The position numbers and the translations under genes were made by a program. The notes beneath the pieces are model-generated. The model was not told the DNA's origin and made no database searches. It saw nothing but the letters and a program-made list of their open reading frames with translations. 64,000 bases of DNA from Takakia lepidozioides (Eukaryota; Plantae; Bryophyta), in assembly GCA_030704615.1 (NCBI GenBank), contig CM060731.1, positions 14,260,001 through 14,324,000 on the forward strand, read 5' to 3'. Positions 13,679-25,000 of the stretch are shown piece after piece. Within the stretch, counting starts at the first letter, position 1. Every line of letters begins with the position of its first letter.

Positions 13679-16600
13679 GCCAAGCATTAGATGGGGCCTT
13701 GGAGTTGAATGCGAGGGAGCCGGTTCAGCCAGCGTGGACCCCCCGCCACCCCACGCCCACCCCCCACTCCGTCACCCGCAGCGCGGCACGCCCTCCCGTG
13801 CCTCATGTTCCCGCTGCCAGGACATGAGACGTGCCCTCTCCCGCATCCCCATCCCTCCTCACATCCCGCCCTCATGCATGGCATCGCCCTCCATCCCCCC
13901 TGCATGCCTTCATCCTCCCCATGCTACATGGTATCCCAAGCATACATCATGCCCTCTTTCAAAAATTCTGACATCTATTTAAATTTCAAATGGCAAATTT
14001 GAAGAAACAATGGACGTTGGGATATATGCCACGTCGTCACATGCATTGCCACCCCAATCTAGGGTTTTGCTACCCTCATCGTGCATTTCCTCGTACAACA
14101 GTTCTATCCCCACCTTCCAAACGCATCCCCACCTTGGCACTCTGCGTTCACCTTCCATATTGAATTGTGTTTGTATGTTGCCTACATATGTTGCATACCA
14201 TTGTAAGTTGCAATCGTGTGGATGTCTGGCCCACCTGAAAAAATTGTGCTTGCATAGGGCACAATTTGTTGTCTGATGCATGAATTTCCTTTGCAGCTAT
14301 ACATGCCCACAATCTGCCAGCAGAACAAAAGAGTAGGAGGTTTATGTGAGGATAGGGCAGGGAAAACAAAAGGTACAGAACCTACCTCTGTCAGGGGCTG
14401 ACGTTGGTAGTGTGACTTACCATCATATATAGAATTAATCCGGGTTTTCCAGATATCCTCTAGAAACTCAGAAGGAGTTTGTTGGAAAAATCCCTAAGCG
14501 AGATGTGATCTCTTGGAATGCCATGATTGTAGGATTAGCTCGGCACGGGCAAAGTGAAGAGGCTTCTCGTTACTTCCGAAGTATGCAACGAGAAGGCTTG
14601 AAGCCCAACAATGTCACCTTCATGAGCTGGATCAATGCATGTGCCAGCCCCACGGCTGTGGGTCTCTTCATGGGCCATGAGAATAACTTTCCATATGTTC
14701 TTTGAAAGTGGTCTGTCACTACCACTGCCACTGTTCCTCTGCCACTTTTGTTATATGTGTTGTACAACTACTGTGGGAGCTATGAAGCTGGTGGGGAATG
14801 GTCACAGCTTGTCACTGTTGCACAAGATGAAGCTGAATCAGATGGTCCGACTTCATGATTGATCAACACCATGTCTCAACGAAATGTGGTCTTATGGAAT
14901 GTGATGATTGGAGGATATACCTAGAATCAGTGTGGTTCGGAGGATTTCAAGATCTACGAGCAAATGGTACAAGAAGAGGTGATAGCCGATTAGGTCGCAA
15001 TCTATGCATGTGCCAACCTTGAAGCCCTGGAAAAGGATAAAGAGGTCCATTCTAACATCATCAAAGCTAGAATTGCTCCAGATATGTCCATCATTTGCAA
15101 GAACGCACAAAATATAAAAGACCTTGCAGCTGGAAAGCACGTGCATGCCCACATTATCTGAAATGGATTCAAGCCATATGTCTGTATATAGAACACCTCA
15201 TCAACATGTATGCCAATTGTGGGAGTGTGGTGGATGCACACGAAGTGTTTGAGAGAATTTGTGAACGAGATATGGTTACTTGGAGTATGAGAATGGTAGG
15301 ATATGCCAGACATCAATGTGGTAAAGAAGAATTTGAGATCTATAAGCATAAGTGAAATGTGATCCCTTTCAACATGATGATTGCAGAATATGCCCAACAT
15401 GGGTTTGGTAGGGATGCTTTCCAGATCTATGAGCAAATGCAATGGGAAGAGGTGTTGCCCAACAGGGCCACATTTGTTTGTGTTCTAAATTTGTGTGCTG
15501 GCCTAAGAGCGGTGGAAAAGGGCAAAGAAGTCCATGTTGATATTATCAAAGCTGGAACTGTGCCAGATATCATTCTGGATACTGCCCTTGTTGACACGTT
15601 TGCCAAATGTGGAACATAAAGAATGCACATGAGTATGCACGGGAAGCTTTCCATATGTATGGAAAATGCAAGAGGAAGGGGTGGCACCTGGTAGGGTCAC
15701 TTTCATTGTGTTCTCAATGCATTGTGAATTGGTCCATGTTGGCCTCATCGAAAATGAAAACCGGTTAGACATCGTTCTGGAAACTGCCCTTGCTGACATG
15801 TATGCAAAATGCAGAAGCTTGGAGGAAGCACACCAAGTATTCAACAATGTGGCTCAACGAGATTTGGTCTCATGGAATGCTACAATTGCAGGATATGGAT
15901 AACATGGATGGTGTGAGGAAGCCCTCCAACAATTTGAACAAATTCAATAGGAGGTTTGAAGCAAGATGGTGTCACATTTATATCTCTTATTTCTTAATGT
16001 AGTCATGCAGGATTAGTGAAAGAAGGCCGTCACTACTTCGATTCTAGGAGTCAAAATCATAGCCGATACATTAGAGCATTTTGTCTGCATGGTGGACTTC
16101 TTGGTCATGCAGGACGATTAGATGAGGCTGAGGACTCCATTAACAAAATGGCGCCAATTGAACCAAGTGCTTCGGTGTGGGGGCCCACACTTGGTGCCTG
16201 TAGAATTCATGGTAATGTGGTGCTAGCACAATGTGCAGCTGGTCGGTGGGAGGAAAAAACAATTGTGAGAAAAATGACGGAGGAGAAAGGTGTCAGAAAA
16301 GAGCAAGGGCGCAGCTGCATCGAGGTCAACAACCAGGTGCATACATTGCAGAAGACAAAGTGTATATGCAAATACAGGGGATCCATGCAGAGTTGACAAG
16401 CGAGTCTATGCCGAAATCAAGATAATTGGATTTGAGTCAGATCTCCCAAGTAAGCAATGGCGCTCTTGTCAGCATGTATTGCAAATGCAGGAATATAGTG
16501 AATGTGCACCAAGTTTTTGACAATATGCATACACGAAATGTGATTTCATGGACTGCGATGATTGCAGGACTAGCTAAGGAAGGGCATAGCGGTGAGGCAA

Positions 16601-19600
16601 TTGAATACTTTCAACGAATGCAACAGACACGCGTGAAGCCTAACAACGTCACCTTTATGAGCACCCTCAAAGCATGTGGCAGCCCAGCAGCTCTGGAAGA
16701 GGGCAAGCATTTCCATGCGAGCATCATCAAGGCTGGATTTGAGTCAGATTTCCTTATGGGCACTGCCCTTGTCAGCATGTACTACAAGTGTGGGGATGTG
16801 GTGGGTGCAAGCCAAGTGTTTGACAAAATGCCTAGGCGAGATGCGATATGATGGAATGTGATGATTGCAGGATTAGTTCAGCAAGGGCAATTCCAAAAGG
16901 CAACTGAATTCTGGCAGCGAATGCAACGAGAAGGCTTGAAGCTAAATTGATCAGCATCCTCAATTCATGGGCCAACCCACTAGCCCTGGAATCATGCGGA
17001 CATAGTTGAGGCTGGACTCGAGTCGGTTGGCCAGGTGGCCAATGCCCTTGTCAACATATACTGCAAGTGCATGGGTTTTGTGAATGCATGCCTCCTCAAG
17101 GGCATAGCTGTTTTAGATACCTATCCTTATAGTAGGTGGGCGTACGATTGTTAACCCCCATTGTTCAATGTGGGAGGGAGATATTTTAATGGACTCAACT
17201 TTGACTTGCTGCATTGGCTCAACTGGCACATTAAATCCATTTTTTTGTCAGTATCATGCACCCATAAAAGGTTTTCAACTGAATTATTTGACCAAAAGGT
17301 GGCATGTCTGGTTTTCCTTGCTTCCACTGGGATATCATGCTTGTGTTCATGATATGCATACTATGTCCTTGTCACTACCTAAGAGAACCACTTATGGACT
17401 TCCATCCTCATAAGGATGTGAAGATGCCTAAGAACAATATACGTGGGGTTGCTCATGGCTTGGACTGGCATGCAACAGTCTCATGGACTTGCGATTGTCA
17501 GCAGATAAAATCATGGAATGGATCCATGCATGATTGTTTTTACATCCAAGTTGGAGAGCCACAACAACTTTAGGATGAATCATACCGTACATAATGTATA
17601 TTGGGAATGAATGAAGATTAGAAGTTATCATACTATGAATGAAACACATACAGAAAGTATGAGTGCATATGTGCATATAGTGCCTATACACTGATGTTGA
17701 CTTATGAGTGTTGTCTGCACACTGTGCTATTTGTAGTAAGAATAAAGTAGTCGAAATCCAAGGTTCTGTTCTCTTTATAATTCATTGCAGCCGGAGAAGC
17801 ACGGAAATGGTGATGACCCACAAACAGAGGAAGAGTAGCTGTTGGCCAGCAGTGGCATCAACCCTCACCAGGCCGAGATCCCCTCCATGAAATTCATGTG
17901 CAGAATTCACGACTTCACGTCTCACATGAGATAGTGTAGGAAACGTGGGGAATATATGGCCAGATTCCAGAGAGAATGCAGTAGCAAACATTGGTGGGAA
18001 TGGGTCATGGATGACCACCATGCCAACAGCCAATGTCTTCAAACAGTTTCAGGAAGCTGCCCTACAGGTAAATCTCATCCCATTTTGGAACCCCAAATGA
18101 GTACCAAACCTACAACCAACACACATGTGACTGAAACCATCTGGCCCTATCTTAGGTTGGTTTGTTACTGGGTTTGAAGGGTCCAAGCATTGGCTTGATA
18201 AAAAAGATCGTGCTTTGACCCCTTGTTGCCACTCACATTCTGGGCATGAGGCAAGTCACCATGCACTATCACTGTTGGTTCCAAATGCCACCAACGATGG
18301 CTCAAAGAGTTCCAAATGAGTTGGTATCTATAAGATGGATTTATATTAAAGGCAGGGAAATTGCTGTGGTACATAAATCAGTTACCCGCGTTGGTCTGTA
18401 AGGCTTACTAGTCCCTTGGTCCCTGGTGACCATGGGGCTCGACCTGGAATTACATCAGCAATGCCATCACCGGATTTTCTTGCAATGACCTCCATGGGCT
18501 GGCTGCCAAATAGTAGGCACCTTTGGAGGATTGTGAGAGACAGTGGATGACCATAGGTGCCTAATCAATGAGATGGAGTTCAGAGCAACACATTATGGAA
18601 ATGGTGCATATGGAGACACAAATCAATTGTACATTTAATTAATAATGGGAGCGCACATAGTTTGTATGAACGCCTCATTTGTTGTCTCTGGGGTTGTGTT
18701 TTTCTTTTGCCAGTGATTCATAGGAAGCTGAAGCAAGTGGCTAATATCTTCTGGCAGCTTTTTAAAAATGTAGCCAGTTTTTCAGCTTCACATGTTTGAA
18801 TCATCTTCTTTAATAAAGTTTAACAGAGTTTTTCAGCTTTGACGCACCAGGTTTATGTACCCTTGCCCTCGTGTAGACCTCGCATATGAGGGACTCGTAT
18901 TCATCAGTATCATATGTCTCGTGGTATTCCCTCCGGTTCTCTATCATTTTGCTCTCCTTCATCGTGATAGCTACTTCTGCCAGCACTTGTAGCAGTGTGA
19001 AAACCTACACAGCCAATGCCTAGCATAAATCCTCAGCAAGGTATAAATGATGCCTACTGTAATTGCATGCATAGTTGCAACTGAACCCAACCCTAAACCT
19101 TTGACAATGGTGTGCATGTCATTTATCCTAAACCCTAAACCCCAAAACATCATGAGTGGACTGCAGATTATATGAAATATGTCAATATGGAGAGTGATCA
19201 TGGACCAAAGTAGTGACCTAAGTTGTTCTGGAAGGAAAAAAAAACGATAGAACATATGTGTACATCCTTGGAGCGAGCCATTGAATTATGGAAAGTGATG
19301 CCCGAGGTCGCCTTCAATTCTTGTAATACAACATTAATAAAAAATTGCATGGTCGGCAGCTTTATGCCTTACCAGTCTCCCCAAGTCCCGAAAGTATCAG
19401 CAAAGTAACAAACTCTTCACCTCAGCTCCATATGAAACCCACTCTCCACCTTAGCTCCATGTAAAAGCTTGCATGAAGTGCCCAAAACTAGCAAAATAGC
19501 CCCACTTTTGCACTTTGCTAACTACTATAGTGAGAAAATGAGACCCGAGTCACAATATGCAGATTTGTGAACCTATGCATTCAATATATGTGAAAGAACC

Positions 19601-20194
19601 AACAAAGAACGATTGGGTTTCAAATGCTCATTGCAAAGCTCACTCACCTGCAAAGTACAACCTGGAGGAAGAGCAGAATGAAGATCCGGAGAAGACAAAT
19701 GACAAAGTCGATCGTTTTGGAGCGATAATAAGGACCTGCACGCAAGAAACGTTTGGAGCGCAAGCGTTGGAACCTCTGAACATGGCGACCACATCCTGCA
19801 TCGTAGCAGGATTGCCCACTGCTGTCCACAAAATTGACGTGCACGACGGGACGCAGTACGCCAACCCCAACAATAGCAACGAAAGCGAGAGCTGGTACGT
19901 GTATTCTCCACCTACCCTCATCATTTTACATGCAATGGCATGCATGGGGAGGATGAAGGCATGCATGGGGGATGGAGGGCGATGCCATGCATGAGGGCGG
20001 GATGGGAGGATGCATGAGAGGGCACATCTCATGTCCCGGCAGCGGGAACATGAGGCATGGGAGGGCGTGCCGCGCGGTAGCGGCCTCCCGGTCTGCGGGC
20101 GATGGAGTGGGGGGTGGGCGTGGGGTGGCAGGGGGTCCACACGGCTGAACCGGCTCCCTCGCATTCAACTCCAGGGCCCCATCTAATGCTTGGC
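13679..20194. mobile_element. Mutator-like element carrying captured gene fragments (Pack-MULE, 6.5 kb)
   Basis: ~250-bp GC-rich imperfect TIRs (13679-~13925 and ~19941-20194, both starting GCCAAGCATTAGATGGGGCC). Exact 9-bp TSD GAAAGTATG at 13670-13678 and 20195-20203. No transposase recognised inside. Confidence 0.9.
14470..17090 (+). pseudogene. Fragmented PLS-class PPR sequences (P/L/S motifs plus E domain) inside the Pack-MULE
   Basis: Repeated DVISWNAMI, VTFMS.L.AC, ALVDMYAKCG motifs. E-domain piece GHAGRLDEAED...WG..LGACRIHGNV...KGVRKEQGRSCIEVN. Many frameshifts and stops. Confidence 0.9.
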
Positions 20195-21319
20195 GAAAGT
20201 ATGTTGATATGGGTGATGAATTCAGGTCAGGCTTCCTATTGTTGACAATGACTGTCTCGTCTGACACGGATTGCTAGTTAGCACAGTAGGGGTTCAAATG
20301 TTGATTAATCCGTCACATGGGTCAAGGTGAGAAACATTGCATTTCCTGCATCAACAATTCAACACAAAACAGCATAAGCTTCAAGATCACCACCTTATTC
20401 TAAACCAATTCCAGTCCATTATGAATGCCCTGAAGGTCTTTGGTAGGAGGGTTAGATATTCCATGAGCATGAGTGCACACCCATTTCATGATAGCGTAAG
20501 GTAATAGGCTTTGATATTGAAAAACAAATTCAACCCTTATGGCCTGTTTAGGGCCTTTGTTCCTTTGTTGTTCCTTTGTTGTTCCTTTGTTTTCCACCGT
20601 GAATAATGTTCAGATAATGTTCAAAGTTTACATATTCCAAGGACCAGTATACCACTGTTGTATTTGCTTCTTTGAAATGCACTCTTCAACTAGGGATTTT
20701 GATTTTCAAAGTTTCAAGTTTCCTTATTGAAGCTCCCCCTTTGCAGGATTTTAATCCAGAGCTTGAAGCAGTCTAGAAATGACATTGCGCGGAGGCCATT
20801 CCGGTCACACCACCCTAATTCACAGTGCAAAACTTCAGGAAAGACAATCTCACGAATGGACACATATGTAGAGATAAAGCCTGATAAACAGTTTGCGGGA
20901 TGTGACTAGTATGGAGGGTGCTCAATATTTCTCTTGCACACCAGGTTTGTGAGAGTCCTAAAGTGATACCTCCATGATAGATCTCCCTCTAATCAAAGAT
21001 TTGTGTGCTCCCATTTATAGCAACACACATCTGACAGGCTTCTCTAGTTCCTACAGGAAGGGAAGGCAGTCTAATGTTCGGACTTAAGACTGCCAAGACT
21101 GCCAAGCTAGATGCAATATGCTTTCTGTAAGAGGGAGGACTGACCTTATCTTGTTTATTATAGGTATGTACAGGTGTGTTGATGAATTCTGAAGAAGGCG
21201 CTTTGTCATCATATGCATGGTACAAAACATGATATCCATCTAGAGTTCATGCTTTTCTAGGCTTAGATATCAGTGATATTACAGGAAAGGGGGCAGGAGA
21301 TGACTGGAAAGAACAGTTA

Positions 21320-22075
21320 GCCAACCTCCCCATCGGATTCATTCCATTGATGTGCTTCCCCCATCTTTTGCTCATAGGTCTCCAAAGCCTCCATCCCATG
21401 TCCCTGCCGTGCATACCCTGCAAGCATCGCACTCCACGACACCACATCTCGTTCAGCCATAGTGTCGAACACTCCCTTTTCATCCTAGATGCACCCACAT
21501 TTTGCATACATGTCCACCAGGGTATGGTTCAGAATGACATTTGATACAATTCCACCTCTGAAGATGTCGCCATGGACCTCTTTCTTCTTTTCCAGAGCTG
21601 CCAGGGCAGTGTTTATAATGACATTGGGTACAATTCCAGCTTTGATGATACCCCATGCACCTCTTTGCCCTTGTCCAGGGCTCAATGCACCCACATTTTG
21701 CATACATGTCCACCAGGATATCGTTCAGAATGACATTTGGTACAATTCCAGCTTTGATGATACCCCATGCACCTCTTTGCCCTTGTCCAGGCTCGATGCA
21801 CCCACATTTTGCATACATTTCCACCAGGGTATGGTTCAGAATGACATTTGGTACAATTCCAGCTCTGAAGATGTCGCCATGGACCTCTTTCCCCTTTTCC
21901 AGAGCTGTCAGGGCAGTGTTCAGAATGACATTTGGTACAATTCCAGCTTTGATGATATCCCCATGTACCTCTTTGCCCTTGTCCAGGGCTGCCAGGCTTG
22001 CACAAGCATTGCAAATGCACACAAAGTGGCCGGGCTTCACCCCCTCCCCCATCATTTGATCATAGGTGTCAGCCG
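21320..22075 (-). pseudogene. PLS-PPR pseudogene fragment made of internally duplicated sub-motif blocks
   Basis: Repeated KGKEVHGDI.KAGIVPNVILN..LVDMYAKCGCI blocks with frameshifts. Closely resembles the L/S motifs of the PPR gene at 30.9-31.8 kb. Confidence 0.85.
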
Positions 22076-25000
22076 GTGTTATGATCCTCACTTGATTTCC
22101 CACAGTCAGAATCTGAACTAGGCCACCTTATGTGTGTGGAGGTTTTCCTCTCTGGGGGCATGGATTGGGTTCCAACTGCCCTACTACCCACAGGTGATTC
22201 AATCTCACTACATTTGAAAGTTGAAGTAAACCCTTTCATGTCTCTAATTCGATTAGCCCTAGTTTCTGCTTTCCTGACAAACGAGTTATCTCGTGGAGAA
22301 TTCAGCAACCAACTGCTTTGATTGTTAAATTGTGATGGTATTATTACCTTTCTTTGACGAGCTCTAGTTTTAGGGAAAGATACAGCCTGGTTATGATATA
22401 CTAAGTTGGAGGAGACAAGCTGGGCATCCACATCTTGGGCACTCCTCTCAGGAGGTGAGAAGGTAAGGGTGAGAAGGGGTAATAAAAGAGAGCTCAAACT
22501 CAGCATGGAGCTGTGAACAACCATACCATCAAAAGCCAGGCCTACGTTCTTGTGTTTTGAGGTATCCATCTCCACAACCTGCCATACAATATCACAGTCC
22601 CCTCATTAGAAGGCAGTCTAAATCCATCCCAACGTTCGGAGTGTCTCATAATACTCAAAAGAACTGATAACATCCACAAGCAGCTCCGCAAAATAGCAGC
22701 GCATACCTGTGGATAGCGCTGACTGAAGTGGGTAAGGATAACATGTTGAGCTGCCATTCGCAGGCCAATATCAAGGGCCTCCAGTACAGTGCTGTGGCGC
22801 TTGCGCAGTGCATGATCAGCCAAACTCTCCTCAAAGGTAGCCTCATGTATAAGAAGAGTGCAGCCAGCCCCAGCTTGGACCAATCGTGCACATGGCCTTG
22901 TATCTCCTGAATAGACCACAGACCACCCGCTCTTGCCATGCACTACCAAGCCGTAAGCTTCATAGCAGTGGTCAACCGGAACACTACACATGCTTTGAAG
23001 CTGCATTTGATTGAGCACCCCCTGAAGTTGAGCTTTTGCTGCATCTTGATGGTCGACACACTTGTTATACGCCCCAGAGAGTCTGTGGCAGTTGACAAAA
23101 GAGAAACTTGGGAGACGGTGCCCCATGGCCTCCCATACGCAGGCCACCTGGATATCCACAAGTTTATAAGTTGATCTGACCCTAGAAATTTGCAACTCAT
23201 AGCATGTTGCAAAGCAAAGTCAGCGGCTACAAATAGATTTGGCTGTTCGCATCCAACTTGACGTCATGATGGATCACAGAGAAAAAAAATGAAGAGGACA
23301 GCTTACCTCTAATAAGACGTGCTTTTCTGCCACTATTTTCCAACTAGTCTTAGGCTTTATTCATCCATAGTTTGAAGCGAAAGCAGAGTGACTAATGCAA
23401 ATTTACAATCCGCAAGGGATGAAGCTGATCCTTGCCAGCTATAAACACTGAATTGTCGAAGCCAAAGTTATTCAAACAAGCCTGAGGGCATCTCATGACA
23501 CAATAGGTAGATGGATCTGGATGTACCTCAAATACCCAGTTCCTTACAGCAGAGGGCCCCACGATAACCAATGGTGTGGCTCCCATAGGCCGGGCCTGAA
23601 TAAGAGACAAGATTCCCAACACATGGTCCGCATGCTTATGAGACAACCACACACACTCCAGAGATGCCACCACTGCAGAGGCTCCTTCTTCACTAAATCT
23701 ACGTATAAGTTGCCCGAGCACTCCTTCCCCTGCATCCAGCAACATGGCATGCTTGCCACTGCCAATCTGAAGAAGAATTCCACTGCTCCCTCTAAATTTG
23801 CTGGGCTCTGCCGAGCCTGTTCCCAAAAACAGTATCTCAAAATCAGTCTCTGCTTGACAATCCTGCCCAAGGATTGAGTTGGCAACCTGTTGTGTGGGGC
23901 CACGGAGAGCTGACGATGATCCCCTTTGCTTGGCATGACAACCATTTCCAGCTGTAAGCCTCTTGCCCTCATTCGCAAACTCAACACTGTCATGTCTGCA
24001 AGGTATTCCAGAGGATAAACATCCGTGGGGGTAGTCACCATTACATGCGCCAGTTGAAAGGTTATATCTATAGCTGTCATTTCCCCCAGACAAATTCCTG
24101 ACTCGCAGATCACCATATTTGCTCTGTGTAGCTGTATTTTCTGACAACACCATCTTCTCCCCCTGCAAAAGCTTCTCTCTTATGGAGGCAGCAGCCAGCT
24201 GGTTAGCACTAATAACAACCTTGGGCACAACACTGGACGCCATATCTTTTGTCTTTGCTACAGTGATTGCTGCCTGTAGGTGGGGTATGGTCTGCTTTAG
24301 ACCCTCCTGGATTACCTGGGTGTTCAGATCCTTTGGGCATTCTGAGTAGTCCATAATAGTTCGAACCCCATCCACCCCGGAATCAAAAACAATGCGCATA
24401 AGCATAGAAGCCTCCCATATCAATTTGCTGCCATCAGCCTCCTCGATTGAACTGTTGTGACAGGGGGCCGAGGTAGAAGGAGCCACATCAAAAGGTAGAG
24501 GGAACATTTGTCGGTCAACAACATTCAGCTTTGCTAATGTCTCCAAAGAAGAGCAAAATCCAAATTTTGGGGAGCACCCTTGAACAAAAACATGTGGAGA
24601 TAACACACCGCCCCCCTGCGTCCACTCAGAATAGCGAGCCGATTTGATAACAGAATAAGGAGATAGATGAATGACTGCAGAGACTGAGTGAGACGTGCCA
24701 TCACTGCTGCTTTTGCTTCCTTGCAGCAATGAAGAATCTTTAGTGACCGATGCTGAAGTAGTACCTTGACAACGTCTGTAAGTGCATGCCTGCACACACC
24801 GTAGTACAGGATGTGACAGAAGGCTCTCCAATGACTCTGGGCTCTTACAGTCAACCACAAGGAGACCGGTACCCAACTTCTTGAAGATACAAACGAAGCC
24901 AAGCACTGAATTAGAGGATGTCTTGGCCAAAGTCTCCTTTTGCTCTGACGGCAATTTGAACTCGGCACTGACGATTGGACTCACCTTTCCACAAGGGTCT

